Shown: positions 24,116-35,725 of the stretch, one piece after another
Layout of the letters: each line of letters opens with the position of its first letter
Numbering within the stretch: the stretch's first letter is position 1
NCBI GenBank assembly: GCA_965603825.1
Contig: CBFDEM010000018.1
Span: 868,001 to 932,000 of the forward strand
Direction of reading: 5' to 3'
From: Blepharisma stoltei ATCC 30299
Taxonomy: Eukaryota; Protista; Ciliophora
Length of the DNA stretch: 64,000 nt
The notes under the pieces: model-generated
Told to the model about the DNA's origin: nothing
Databases searched by the model: none
Seen by the model: the letters and a program-made list of their open reading frames with translations, nothing else
Translations under genes and position numbers: made by a program

Positions 24116-25006
24116 TTATTGCTTAAAAAATCTTAAAGAAGACGTCGGCGTCTTCTGAAGCCTATTAACAAGATTATTTTCTTGATCCTTAGTCAGCCGT
24201 TTGTGCTTGGTCGACTCTGTTTTTTGTGCTGACATTAAAGCCTCTAGATTTTCCAGCTTTGGATCTTCTATATGCATCTTATATTTATCTTTTGATCTAT
24301 CTATATCAGCTGGAGAGCCATTACGACTTCCTATTCATTCTTGTGAAAATTTTAAATTTAGTTGTTTTTGTGAGCAGTTTCGTGCTATTGAAAATGGAGT
24401 TGTCGGACTCATCGGGCTCTTCATTCTAGGAGTCCCAACTGGTGAAACTCTTGTTGATCTTATAATATTTGTATTGCTATGAATTGAAGCTATATCAATT
24501 TTCTTTACTTTCTGTGGCTCATTTGAAGCAGTGGTTTTCAGCTTTTTTAACGTAGAGTACAAGCTTTCTTTATGACTTTGCTCATGCTTTACAGATTTTT
24601 TTTCTTCGGGTTCTTTGTGATTTTCATGGCTTGGCTTTCTCGACTTTTGGCTTGGATTTTTCGAGAGTGCTTGCTTGGCTGCAGTGGCGATATCGCATAG
24701 ATATTTACTATTATCAGCACTGAGTTCTCGTTTACTTTCTTTCATAACAGATAGCTTTTTTGAAACTAAAGGTTGATTTATAGATGCATTGCTGTTAGAA
24801 AAACTCATAGAGTTGTTTGAGCTTTGGCCATATTCAAGAGAAGTAGTAAGGTCATTGATCTTAGAGATAAAATCACCTCGCTTTAAAGATTTAATTCTCT
24901 CACGCTCATCATGATAATTGATAAGTCTTATGGGCTTCCAATGTGCTGTAGGACTTTTTGGAGATAATTCTCTAGCTATAGATTGTGTAGTTGCTTTATT
25001 ATCCAT
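24116..25006 (-). CDS. Uncharacterised Ser/Lys-rich protein
   Basis: ORF extended through TGA 24335 to TAA 24116. Confidence 0.7.
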
Positions 25007-25279
25007 TTTTTATATGAAATTAATAAGTGAGACCAATCAAATAAATCTGTTTTATTATTGATTAAATTAAACAATTTAAGAGAGCCAGCTAATAATTTTT
25101 TTAAATTCTAAAATGGTATTGCATTCTTATATATGTAAGAAATATTTATTCAGCACCAAGATTTAACAGTACAATAAAACATAAATTTTATACAATTATT
25201 GCTCAGAAAAAGACCATTGAAAAAGTTGCAAGTTTAAATTACCTTTGCATGTTATTAATTTACCATTTTTTATATACTG

Positions 25280-26185
25280 ATGAGATCTATACATGAAGCT
25301 TATTCCAAGAGTTTAGCATCCTTGAGCGACTCCCAAAGAAGAAACATGAGAATGAAAGTATATCACGAAACTATTGAGATCGTCCGACAAGGTAGATACC
25401 CCTTACCATCAGGTATTTTTGTAGATCTAATCAAAGATCAAGACAGAGAAGCATTACAAAGAAACATGCAAATCAGCCACCCTTCAGATCTAACTCTTCC
25501 TCCATTTCAAATGACAAATACAAGAGTAATTGTTTATGATGGAGACTGCATAGAAGCAGGAATTCAGATGAAAAGGCTTGGCTTTAACCCTGTGATTCTT
25601 AATATGGCCAATACAAGAACTCCAGGCGGTGGTGTCACATCTGGTGCAGGCGCCCAAGAAGAAAGTATTTTTAGAAGAACTAATTATTTCCAGCATTTGA
25701 AGGACAATCTTGCTGTTAGATATCCTATTAGTCTAACTGGCGCAGTCTATTCCCCAGATGTTGTAGTCTTCCGTGATACAGAAGCAAGCCAATACAGCCT
25801 ATTTGAAGAGCCTATCAACTTAAGTTTTATTGCATGTGCAGCCTTAAGAAACCCAGACTTAGCAAATCAGCATTATAAGCCGAAAGACCTTGAAACAATG
25901 AGACACAAAATAAGGGCTATTTATTCACTTTCTGCGGCAAATATGCATAATTGCTTAATTTTAAGTGCCTTTGGATGTGGAGCATATAAAAATCCACCTA
26001 TAGAAGTGGCAAGGTTGTTTAGAGAACAGCTGGAAACGTCTGAATTTCAAGGAAGATTTGAAAGGGTTATTTTTGCAATTTTTAACGACCATAACTCACA
26101 GAGGCAGCATAACCCACAAGGCAATATAAAGCCTTTCAGCGATATTTTCGAGACACCAATTGTCGATTTAAATCAATTAAATTAA
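25280..26185 (+). CDS. Bacterial-type poly(ADP-ribose) glycohydrolase macrodomain (TIGR02452/DUF2263 family)
   Basis: 'VILNMANTRTPGGGVTSGAGAQEESIFRRT', 'LILSAFGCGAYKNPP'. Confidence 0.9.
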   Translation: MRSIHEAYSKSLASLSDSQRRNMRMKVYHETIEIVRQGRYPLPSGIFVDLIKDQDREALQRNMQISHPSDLTLPPFQMTNTRVIVYDGDCIEAGIQMKRLGFNPVILNMANTRTPGGGVTSGAGAQEESIFRRTNYFQHLKDNLAVRYPISLTGAVYSPDVVVFRDTEASQYSLFEEPINLSFIACAALRNPDLANQHYKPKDLETMRHKIRAIYSLSAANMHNCLILSAFGCGAYKNPPIEVARLFREQLETSEFQGRFERVIFAIFNDHNSQRQHNPQGNIKPFSDIFETPIVDLNQLN

Positions 26186-26209
26186 TATGTCTACTGGGTT
26201 ATTATTAAA

Positions 26210-27910
26210 TTAAAGATCCTCAAGCTCATCAACCTTAACCTTTGTTTCAGGTTTCCAGTAGTTAAAATCGCTATATTCATCTCTTTCTCTGTTGTTTTTC
26301 TCGAATAGTTCATTTGCTTCTATCTCTTTCGCAGGCTCTTTAGCTTCTTCTTCTTGTTCTTTATTTTCTGTCTCTTCTACATTTGAAGTAGCGCTTTCTG
26401 GCAAGTCATAGTCTTGTTCACTGCTAAATCTAGACCTTGTTTCAGCTGGTTTCCCTCCTAATTCAAGGCAATCTAATCTGTTTTGAGGTACCAAGAAATC
26501 ATTAACAAAGTTTTTCCATTCGTCTAATTTTGCCAAAAAATTATCAACGGTAGTACATGAGGAGTTTTCAATGACTATGTTCCCTATTTTTGTAGCAAAA
26601 CCTAAATGACCTTTGCGGATATCACATCTTTGGTTAGAAATTATTTGGAATTGGCTTAGTTCATAGAGTTTGTGTGGGAGTTGGGCTTGAGATAATAGCT
26701 AAATAAAAATTACTGTGAGTTTTAAGGAATCTGATTTGCTTTCAAGGATTGACGCAATGAATTTGCAGTAAGCTTGATGCAAAAATGAATTCCAAAAGCT
26801 TTGGAACATTAAGTCCTGTGTAAATTTTACGGTGGAAATTTGAATAATCTGTGACTCGGCAAGAATTGTATTGAATCTTTGGCTAGGAATTTTAATTGCT
26901 GCAGCCAAAATTTCTATCATTCTGATTTTTCCTTCACCCACAATTGGGATTTCTTCATTAAATGTAGTCTTTATAGTCCCTTCAGGGTTTTTTAAAGTGC
27001 TTTCAATCTGTTCGGTATGTTTAATCATTTCTACAATTATTTTTTGATCTTCTTCATCAATAATTCTGCTGTCATCATCGCTATGCTCAGGATCAGGGAT
27101 GTCCACATTATTAATCAAACTACACAATAGCTTCGTGGCTTCTTTCTTCACTATTAAATTCCCTTCAAAAACTTGTTTAAACACATACTCTATGCACTGA
27201 TCTCCTAGCAAGTGTCCAAAAATATACCCCCAGTTCTTTATTTCTATTTTTTTCGACAGTAGCTCTATCAACAAATTGCTTGCATTGAATACAGTTTCTA
27301 CTGAATTCTCAGGAGAAATGCAAAACAAAATTTTTTCTATTAAACTAAACAGGTCATCTTGAAACTCAGTGCTTCCGTATTCTTCACAAGATAAAAGCCT
27401 TCCTATCAGGTCTGCTACACTTTTGCTATAAAAATGTCTGATTGCCAAGTCGATTCGGTCTTCATCATGCAGAAATCTGAGTACTTCATAAGCTTTTGTT
27501 GATAATAAAGATTGAAAAACCTTGCAAACATAGCCTAAGGAAGTAATATTACGTCCTTCTTGGCTGCTTAAGTAATTATAAAGTCTTTCCAAAAGTGAAT
27601 TTTCATTTACTATTCTGTTGTTGATTTCTGGGCACCCACAAGCTAGCAGCTCACAAGCAGTGTAAGGATATTTGTATCTGAGTTTGGCGTCAAGATGTTC
27701 AGGAGGTTCGACAATCATGTAGTCTATCAAAATTTCAATTTTCGCATTATCAAGAAAATCCAAGAATTTTTTATTTGAGAACTTGAGCTCTGAGACAGCG
27801 TCGTCATCGCAGTCCATTACTGCTTCCAGAGTTAAGCCTTCCTTATCGAAGATTTTGTCAAATACAGGTGGACTTTGACGGAACCTTGCTCTTCCAAAAC
27901 CCATCACCAT
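26210..27910 (-). CDS. PPP6R: SIT4/PP6 phosphatase-associated protein (SAPS), two 15-nt introns
   Basis: 'RYKYPYTACELL', 'DLMFQSFWNSFLH', 'RKGHLGFATKIGN', 'YSDFNYW'. Confidence 0.88.
26699..26713 (-). other. 15-nt spliceosomal intron
   Basis: GTAATTTTTATTTAG; removes an in-frame TAG and joins the SAPS halves. Confidence 0.88.
26816..26830 (-). other. 15-nt in-frame, stop-free intron (probable)
   Basis: GTAAAATTTACACAG matches the local consensus (T9, A10); would insert VKFTQ if retained. Confidence 0.7.
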
Positions 27911-28047
27911 ATCCTATTTATTATTAAAGTTAACACAGGAGCTTTGATATCAATCAATTCAGCTCTGATTGAAAATAAACAATTTAAAGAAAAGCTGCCA
28001 TTATATGGTAACAATAAAATAATTAAAATGGATTAAAAGAAATATTT

Positions 28048-30150
28048 TTAGTACCCTGCGACCATTTGACAGCCTCTTTTCATATTTTTAACCCAATCTA
28101 ATGGAGCTCTTGAAGCCATGCTGTTAACAATGCTTTTTGGAACCAGTCCTTTTACATCATTTTGAGAAATAATGGTGACTGTGCAGCTTCTTGCAGTTTT
28201 TGGCCGAAGAATATATCCAGAAACAGCTGTCTCAGCTCTTATTACTCCTTTTCTAGGTGGCATAGCTGGATCATCAACACTGACAAAGTGAAGAATAATC
28301 ATGTTTGGCTCTGGATAGTCCCTGATCATTATTCTTCTTTGTAGCCAATCTCTTCTTGTGACTCCAAATGGGGTTTTTATCATATAATACAGCAACTCTG
28401 CATCATCTCTGGAGGCAACAATACGAAATTCGTGAAACAAATGGTCCCATTGGGTTCTGATGGAGGTATCCCATATTGCTTTTACTACAGTCTCAGTTGA
28501 GTACTCTATATCACAAAACCCTTTTATCATGCAAACTGGGCTATTTTCAGCCTTCCTCTGATAAACTTGTGTTCCAGGCTTATTTACACAATGTCTCCAC
28601 ACTTTATCACCTACAGGCTCTTTCTCAATTTCTAACAACTTATCAAAGCAGTCTTGATACTTATGAATCCTCATATCAATTTTAAAAGTCTCTTTAAGGC
28701 TGCTCTCTACGCTTTCTTTTCTTTCCTCTTTATCTGATAATTTTGATGAGCTTCTTGCTGAATTACTTCCAGGACTTTCTATTTTTTCCACTTTTTCATA
28801 CCTTTCTTCCTTTTGAATCATTTCAATTTCTCCTTTGTCCTCGTCATGATCTGAGTCCTCATCCATATCAACTGCACTGCCTTCAAATGGTAGATGTACT
28901 GGCACTGGGATCATGCTGGATGATGGGGTTTTCTCTGGCGAATTAAAATGGATTTTTGCTGGAGAATCAGCCTGACACTTTTCTGGTGAATTAAAATTAA
29001 TGTCCCCTGGGGAATCAGCCTGGAACTCAATTTTTATTTGGCAATTAACATCTTCACTAACTGAGCCGACTTCAAAATCATCAGCAGTCTCATCTTGCTG
29101 GAAAAGCGGAGGATTAAAAGTTTCGTTAGCAGCAGAAAGTTTACTAATAATTTCCAAGCTAAGCAAATCTTTATAGTTCAGCTTATAATGGGGATCATGA
29201 GTAGAGTATCCTGGCAAGCTTGATCTTCTGAACATTAGTTTTTCAAAGTACTTTTTGTTTTCGCAGCTTTTGTTCTGATCAGCTTTAGACGTTTTGTATT
29301 CTAAGAAATGCTCTATATCAGAAATGGCTTTACAAGTTTGGACATTTTTCCCTATGAGTTTGCAAGAAAGTGCTGGAAAAGGAAGAATCATCCCTATAAT
29401 GTCTTCGTCTTGTAGGTGGGATTTTTTTAAAATTGCTTTAGTTTTGTCGTTGGCAAGAATTTCTTCAATTCTTCTGACAATTTCGAGTTCATGGCCTTCT
29501 TTTGCGATAGGGTCTTTAAGCAGTTGGAGAACTGGGATTAGGATTCTTCGGATTCTTGAAGAGGTGAAATGAATGTTTATCCCAAATTCAATGGAATGAG
29601 CTATTTCATAAGCAGAATTTAGAAGAGCTGTGTGGGCTACACTTGTTCTTAGAAATTTTCTTAGCTTTTGGACTTCTTTCATAAAGGCAGGATTATGTAA
29701 TTGTAGCACAAAAGCAGGTCTGAATTCATCAATTGCTTTTTCTAAAATTCCTGAGTACTCACTTATTGGGATTTTTGTTTTTTTAAGGGTAGATAAATAT
29801 ATAAGCATACAGCTGAGTCTTAGTTGATATTGCATATCTTTGGTAAGAGCTGATTTGATGACTTTATTTCTTTTCCATCTTCTTCCAATTACATGACCAA
29901 TTCCAAAACCGATTGCACCGCCTAAGATGCCAGCTACTATAGTTGCGCTGGTAAAGATCATAAAGCCTACTACTGCCAAAATAGAACCACCAATGAGGCT
30001 GCCTAAGTATCTTCGATCTGTTTTGGTTATTTCTTCTAGAATTTCTTGGAGGCTGCTTTCCATTGAATCCAACTCGGGTTGGATTAGTAGTGGGAAAGCT
30101 AATGAAGTGGAAAGAGTGCTATTGCTCCTATGGTGCCTGCGTGAGCTCAT
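28048..30150 (-). CDS. Membrane-anchored START-domain lipid-transfer protein
   Basis: N-terminal glycine-rich TM hairpin; C-terminal START motifs 'RTQWD', 'VTRRDW', 'KGVIRAET...GY', 'DVKGLVP'. Confidence 0.88.
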   Translation of the reverse strand: MSSRRHHRSNSTLSTSLAFPLLIQPELDSMESSLQEILEEITKTDRRYLGSLIGGSILAVVGFMIFTSATIVAGILGGAIGFGIGHVIGRRWKRNKVIKSALTKDMQYQLRLSCMLIYLSTLKKTKIPISEYSGILEKAIDEFRPAFVLQLHNPAFMKEVQKLRKFLRTSVAHTALLNSAYEIAHSIEFGINIHFTSSRIRRILIPVLQLLKDPIAKEGHELEIVRRIEEILANDKTKAILKKSHLQDEDIIGMILPFPALSCKLIGKNVQTCKAISDIEHFLEYKTSKADQNKSCENKKYFEKLMFRRSSLPGYSTHDPHYKLNYKDLLSLEIISKLSAANETFNPPLFQQDETADDFEVGSVSEDVNCQIKIEFQADSPGDINFNSPEKCQADSPAKIHFNSPEKTPSSSMIPVPVHLPFEGSAVDMDEDSDHDEDKGEIEMIQKEERYEKVEKIESPGSNSARSSSKLSDKEERKESVESSLKETFKIDMRIHKYQDCFDKLLEIEKEPVGDKVWRHCVNKPGTQVYQRKAENSPVCMIKGFCDIEYSTETVVKAIWDTSIRTQWDHLFHEFRIVASRDDAELLYYMIKTPFGVTRRDWLQRRIMIRDYPEPNMIILHFVSVDDPAMPPRKGVIRAETAVSGYILRPKTARSCTVTIISQNDVKGLVPKSIVNSMASRAPLDWVKNMKRGCQMVAGY
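28930..29022 (-). repeat. Imperfect 48-nt tandem duplication within the START gene
   Basis: Encodes QADSPGDINFNSPEK / QADSPAKIHFNSPEK. Confidence 0.8.
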
Positions 30151-30799
30151 TTTATTTGAATAATCACAGATTACTTTAAAAAAGAAATGTGATATTAGAA
30201 TAATGATAATTATCTTTATTTTTTGCTATAAATAATATAGATAACGATGAGAGAAAAAATATTTAAGCGGCATTTATCTAAAAAACTTTTCTTCCTCATT
30301 AATATTTAATTACTTGATTGTGTTACCATAATTATTTTTCGTCAAGGCCACCTATGTTTGTCCTTAGGTCATCCGAATGCGTTGGCTGAAATATTTTTTT
30401 CCTCTAACAAACCTCTTGCCATATTTAGGTCCGGGGGCGGCTGAGACTGATTCATTGCTAAATCTTCTAGTGTCTTCAGCAAATCAAATTTTATTCCTTC
30501 GAGCACACTCTTGTAAGACACCCTCAATTCCTTTAAGGAGCCTTCACAGTTATACAAAGGATGGAGTTGCGGATTTTGTATGATAAAAGAAACCAGAAAG
30601 ATGTAACCATCAGATGAGGATCAAATAGACCTTAAATGATTAAGTTAAGCTTCAGTTCTTCCGCCAACGTTATAAAGCATTTGGATGGCATAAGCAATAC
30701 AAATGGTCCAAAGCATTATGTTTGACTTATTTAAAATTTATATATTGTATTATTCATACACTCCGTTATTAAAAAGACTAAGAAAATAAATTTTTAATT

Positions 30800-31360
30800 A
30801 TGGAAGAAACAGCTAACGATCTTTTTAAATTTACAAAGGTTTATCCTGCTGAAAAATTAAAGAGATGCAAAAGTTTGCAAAAGCAAACTCTAAAAGAAGC
30901 ACTAAAAATTAAAAGAATAGATGAATCTCCTATAAATGGACGAATTTCAAGTACAAGATCAAGCTCTCAGACATCATTTAAGAGAAATTTGATTCCAAAA
31001 CTACCTCAAACACTTAAAAATTCAACTTTATCTATTAAAAAGCCTTTATCACTTCCTAATACAGACAGATCACACACAAGCACTCCTTCATTAGTGCTCA
31101 AATCGAAAAATGGTAATTCTCATATAAATTTATATGAAAAATTACGATCAATTAACAGCTTAACCCTCACAAAAGCCAAAGAAAATTCTAACACTCAATT
31201 TAAGACTTTCGGAAGCAAGCTAACTCTACATCTAAGCTCCTTAAGGCCTAAATTTCTTCACAAAGCTTCATCAAAACTCCTTCTTTATCCTCTTAGTCAT
31301 CCGAAACACATCTCCCACTTCACACAAACAGATTTAAGTGAAGAATTCATAACTTTTTAA
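30800..31360 (+). CDS. Uncharacterised basic protein
   Basis: 186-aa ATG-to-TAA ORF. Confidence 0.65.
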   Translation: MEETANDLFKFTKVYPAEKLKRCKSLQKQTLKEALKIKRIDESPINGRISSTRSSSQTSFKRNLIPKLPQTLKNSTLSIKKPLSLPNTDRSHTSTPSLVLKSKNGNSHINLYEKLRSINSLTLTKAKENSNTQFKTFGSKLTLHLSSLRPKFLHKASSKLLLYPLSHPKHISHFTQTDLSEEFITF

Positions 31361-31379
31361 GTCTTAAAAAAAATTAAAT

Positions 31380-32313
31380 TTATTTTTCGTTCAAGTCGAG
31401 AATTAATCCTTCCAAATTTCTGTCCTTCATAATTTTATTGACAATATTGGTTAGAACTCTTTTTGCTCCAACTTCTGTGAATAGATTTGAACCATTTGAT
31501 AAGCAATACTCCATGCCTCTCAAAAACCATGCAGGATTTGTGATGTTATCGACTAAGCTTTGCTTGATTTCGTTAGGGTCAGTCAACCCTTTGGAGTGTG
31601 CATTAGAAATAACAGGAATCTTTGCAGGCTTGACATCCATTTTCTCAAGCTCTGCTTTGACTCTATCAGCTGCTGGCTTCATGAGTCTGCAGTGAAATGG
31701 TGCAGACACATTTAAAGATTTAATAGGGACTTTGTATTTTTGTTTCATATGGTCTGTGACTAAGTCGACAGATTCACGAGTGCCACTAAGGACGACTTGC
31801 TTATCGTGGTTTACGCCGGCTATTTCACATATTCCATCGATTTGGACCTCATTTAACGACTTTCTGACAGTTTCTTCTGATGCAGCTACTGCACTCATTC
31901 TGATTGCAAGGCCTTCAACGGCTTCTTGCATTGACTTGCCTCTTATATAGGCTAACTTAGCACCCTGTTCCACTGTGAGGGCTCCACTTATAACACAAGC
32001 GGAGTACTCCCCTAACGAGTGGCCTAGGGCAAAAGAAAATCCATCTTCACGGGCTCCATATAAATGCTTTAAGAAAGTCCAATGAAGAATTGATGATACC
32101 ATGATTGCTGGCTGAGCGAACTCGGTCAAGTTCAAATCAGATTCAGGTCCTTCTTTCATCATCTTTGAAAGCTATATAGAATGTTACCGAAAACCCTAGA
32201 GCATCGTCAACTTGCTTTAATATTTCGTTACTCCATGGGTAACGCTCAAACTGTTCAATCATGCCAACGTGTTGGATGCCTTGGCCTGGGAGCAAAAGAA
32301 CACGCCTTATCAT
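31380..32313 (-). CDS. MCAT: Malonyl-CoA:ACP transacylase, one 16-nt intron
   Basis: Exon 1 'MIRRVLLLPGQGIQHVGM'; 'AQPAI', catalytic 'GHSLGE', 'VSAPFHC'. Confidence 0.93.
32172..32187 (-). other. 16-nt spliceosomal intron
   Basis: GTAACATTCTATATAG; joins the PGQG exon in frame. Confidence 0.88.
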
Positions 32314-32963
32314 AAAAATTATCCGTTTTCAAATAAATGGACTGTTATCGTAGGTAATTATCTAAAACTTTTCACAAAGAAGGAAAATTAACCATGCGAT
32401 TTAATAACCGTTCTGATAATTAAGTGTTTTAGCTTTAAATTAGATTATTAGTTTGCATAGAAGCTGATAGATAGGATGAAATGTCCCGTGACCTTGAATT
32501 TAAGAATTATAAGGAATATGTAAACTATTAATCAAAATAATCGCCAATAAGTTAAAAATAAAGGATTCTATTGCGATCTTTCGCTAACAAAAGTACACCT
32601 ATTTTATTGGTTATAAAAAAATATTTACAAAAAACCAGAAACCATTTTGACATCGGGTGCTGAAAAATAGAATTACGTCATCAAGTATTTAAAATTTTGT
32701 AAAATAGTCTTTAAAAATAATATAAATTTATATTTGATTTTGTTTATCAAAAAATTTTTTATATGGGGAAAATAAAGAATTTATTCGCCTAATAATCCTA
32801 AATAATCTTAAATAATTTAAATTTTTCTTAATATCTTAAATATTTTATCAAATAACTTTTCGAAAATGGCTGAGTAATTCTGCGAAATTTTAATTTAAAT
32901 ACAAGTGCAAATAAGTTTTATGTATAATCATATTAAAATAGCTATCTATCTATTGGTAAATAT

Positions 32964-34080
32964 CTATAGACCTTTTCGAATAAGTATAGCTGGCACTACT
33001 TCATTAAATTTTTTATATAGAAATGCACATGTGTCGAGAAACACCATTTTTTGTCCTTCTCCTCGAATAATGTCTAATACAAAAGTTTCTTCAAGCTGAA
33101 TATTTCTTACCTTTTAAATTTTTATATCAATTTTAATTACTTTTCCAAGAGTACAAGGTGCTTTATTTACTCCTCTTTCAAATCCGCGAGAAATTTCCAT
33201 TCCATATTTAAAGCTTTCAAGGACTCAAAAAGAAAAACCACCAATTCTGTTGCCGGAATTGAGCATCTGAAGCCAAAAACCCAATTATGAGGTATTGGAT
33301 GATTATTTTTTTCGGATTCAGTCGATGATGTGTCATTTGAACTTACAATGGTTTCATTATCTGGTATCATAAAACTCCCAGCTTCTTCTGGAAAATTGGC
33401 TCAACATTAATTTCACTTTGATTAAGGACTTTTTCACATTCAAGTTGAATGGCAAATCAGCATTTTTCATAAATCCTGTAGCTGAACAACTTAAAGCCGG
33501 GACCTAGAGGAAGGAAGAGACGTACTCGATATGCATATACAGAAGGGTTTTAGCAATTTCATGGAGCGGCGACACTGGGCTAGCAAGTGGTGAAGTGCTA
33601 ATGAGAACGAGTAGTTGCCTACGAGCCTGCCTAAGACTTTTGATAAGGACTTTTCGCTTGACTTTTAAAGTAGAGTCTAAAAGAATTGCATAAGTTACTG
33701 TAAAAGGGTCTTGCTTTTTCTTCAAAATTCGTTCTTTCAGCTCAACTTTATTTTTACATAAGCCTTCAAATTCTGGATACTCAAGACATTTTTCTAAGAC
33801 TTCTTCAAATATTTCTTTTTTAGATCGATTTGCTTGGACTGACCCTATGCAATCTAAAATTTGATTTTGGTCAACAACAGCTTCAGTATATTTTAAATGC
33901 AAAGGTATATGAGCTTTATATCATGGATGCTCCATGATTTGTTTTATTGTAATCCTTGACACTGGGTCTGTGTTCAACATTCTTCTTATTAAATCTTTAG
34001 CTCCTACCGAAAAATTGTGTGGGACAGAAAATCTTCCTGCTTTAATTTTTGCAAAAAGTGAAGGGATATTATTTTCATCG
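32964..34080 (-). pseudogene. 5'-truncated SNF1/AMPK/SnRK1-type kinase pseudogene
   Basis: Only kinase subdomains X-XI remain ('DENNIPSLFAKIKAG...DLIRRMLNTDPVSRITIKQIMEHPW'), followed by UBA-like and KA1-like regions; in-frame TAG/TAA and two frameshifts. Confidence 0.75.
33096..33110 (-). other. 15-nt intron retained in the pseudogene
   Basis: GTAAGAAATATTCAG within the KA1-like region. Confidence 0.7.
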
Positions 34081-34279
34081 CCCAAAAAATGTATATAAGA
34101 AAGAAGATAAAATAGAATTTTCCAACCAAAAAACTCAGCAATAAATGTATATGTAGTATAAATTTTTTATAACCGATAACACTATATTTATTTTATTATA
34201 TTTTCTGTGCTTCTCTATTAAATTGCACTCTTAATTAATTCTTCAAAATCAATATTTAAAATATTTTGCATTTTATCTA

Positions 34280-35725
34280 TCATAATTTACTCATAACTAA
34301 GGCTTCAAATTCTTTAATGTCAATTTCTCCATTTCCATTGCTATCAGCCTCGTCCAAAATTTCAGTCCAGACATTATCAGTAGTATCTAGACCTTCTCCA
34401 AGAACTGACCTTAATTCATCAGCGCTTATTGCTCCACTATTATCTTTATCAAACATATTAAAAGCAGCTGCAAGATTTTCTCTAGAATTCATCAATCTTT
34501 TATCTAGGGCAGCTCTTAGAAATTCATTATAATCAATGAAACCATTTTTATCAGTGTCGACTTCGTTCATAATCTTGTCTACTTCACCTTCTGTGCCAGA
34601 TTCTTTCATTATACTAAGGCACTTATTTCTTAATTCGTCTTTGCTGATTTTTCCGTCTCCATTCGTGTCGATAGCAATAAAGACTTCTTTTAGCTTGCTG
34701 ATTTCTTCTGCAGATGCAATCTGAGAAGCAATATACATTTGAATTGCGCTTTTTAATTTACTTTTACATTGGTAAGCTCTTAAGTTTATTAATACATTTT
34801 CAGTTCCATCAGAATCACCATATGGTCTAGATCTTTTAACAATTCAAGGATGCTCTAAACAGTCTTTTGCAGAAAGTCTTGATTTTTCAGGACAAAGAAG
34901 TTTAGAAATTAAATCTTTTGCATCTGCTGATATATACAGTCATTGTGGCCCACTAAAACTATAGTGCCCATTTAAAATAGACTTAAAAATTTCATTATTT
35001 GAGTTTCCAGAAAATGGAAAGCTACCACTAAGTAGTAAATAGAGAATAACTCCGCAGCTCCATAAGTCACATTTTGAAGTATATCGTCCTTTAATTACTT
35101 CAGGCGCTAAAAAGAATGGAGTTCCAATTATTCCTGATACGTTATGATTATTTTCATATATCATTGCAGCTCCAAAATCTGAAATTTTTATATGGCTTGT
35201 ATTTCCCTTACTCTCTAATAAAATGTTTTGTGGTTTTAGATCTCTATGTATAATGTTTCGACTATGCAAATAACTAACTGCTGAGAAAACTTGCTTCATA
35301 ACTAGTACAGCATCATATTCATGAAAATGGTTTCTTTCGATCAGCTCATCAAGCAATTCTCCTCCTTTGCATAGTTCCATTACTAAATAGCACTTTTTTG
35401 GGCTATCAAAATATTCATAAATCTGAACGGTATTTGGATGACCAAGAATTTTCATCATTTTTACTTCATTTAAAAACTCTTTGGTTTGAAAATCTCCCTC
35501 TTTAGGTATAATTTTGACAGCTCTTTCGATGTTAGTTCCTTTGCGGGTTACAACTCTAACCTCACCATAAGCTCCATGTCCTAAAGACTTGCCAAATTCA
35601 TAAACATCTTCAACAGTGTTTCTATTTAGTTGAACAAAGATTCCTTGTTCTGTAAAAATGTCCCGACTGCTTGTGATTTTTATACTCGAATTGACTTTAT
35701 TTTTCGTTGATGTGCAACAGCCCAT
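34280..35725 (-). CDS. CDPK: Calcium-dependent protein kinase (kinase plus 4 EF hands)
   Basis: MGCC acylation motif; HRDLKPQN, DFG, APE; TGA=Trp gives HPW and joins the kinase to the EF-hand ORF. Confidence 0.95.

Noticed and set aside
30306-30716. Coding-like minus-strand stretch (includes ORF 30369-30557)
   Set aside because: In-frame TAA near the 5' end, no consensus 15/16-nt intron to remove it and no recognisable domain; possibly a decayed gene
32394-32458. AT-rich hairpin (ATGCGATTTAATAA/TTATTAGTTTGCAT)
   Set aside because: No snoRNA boxes; plausible by chance at this AT content
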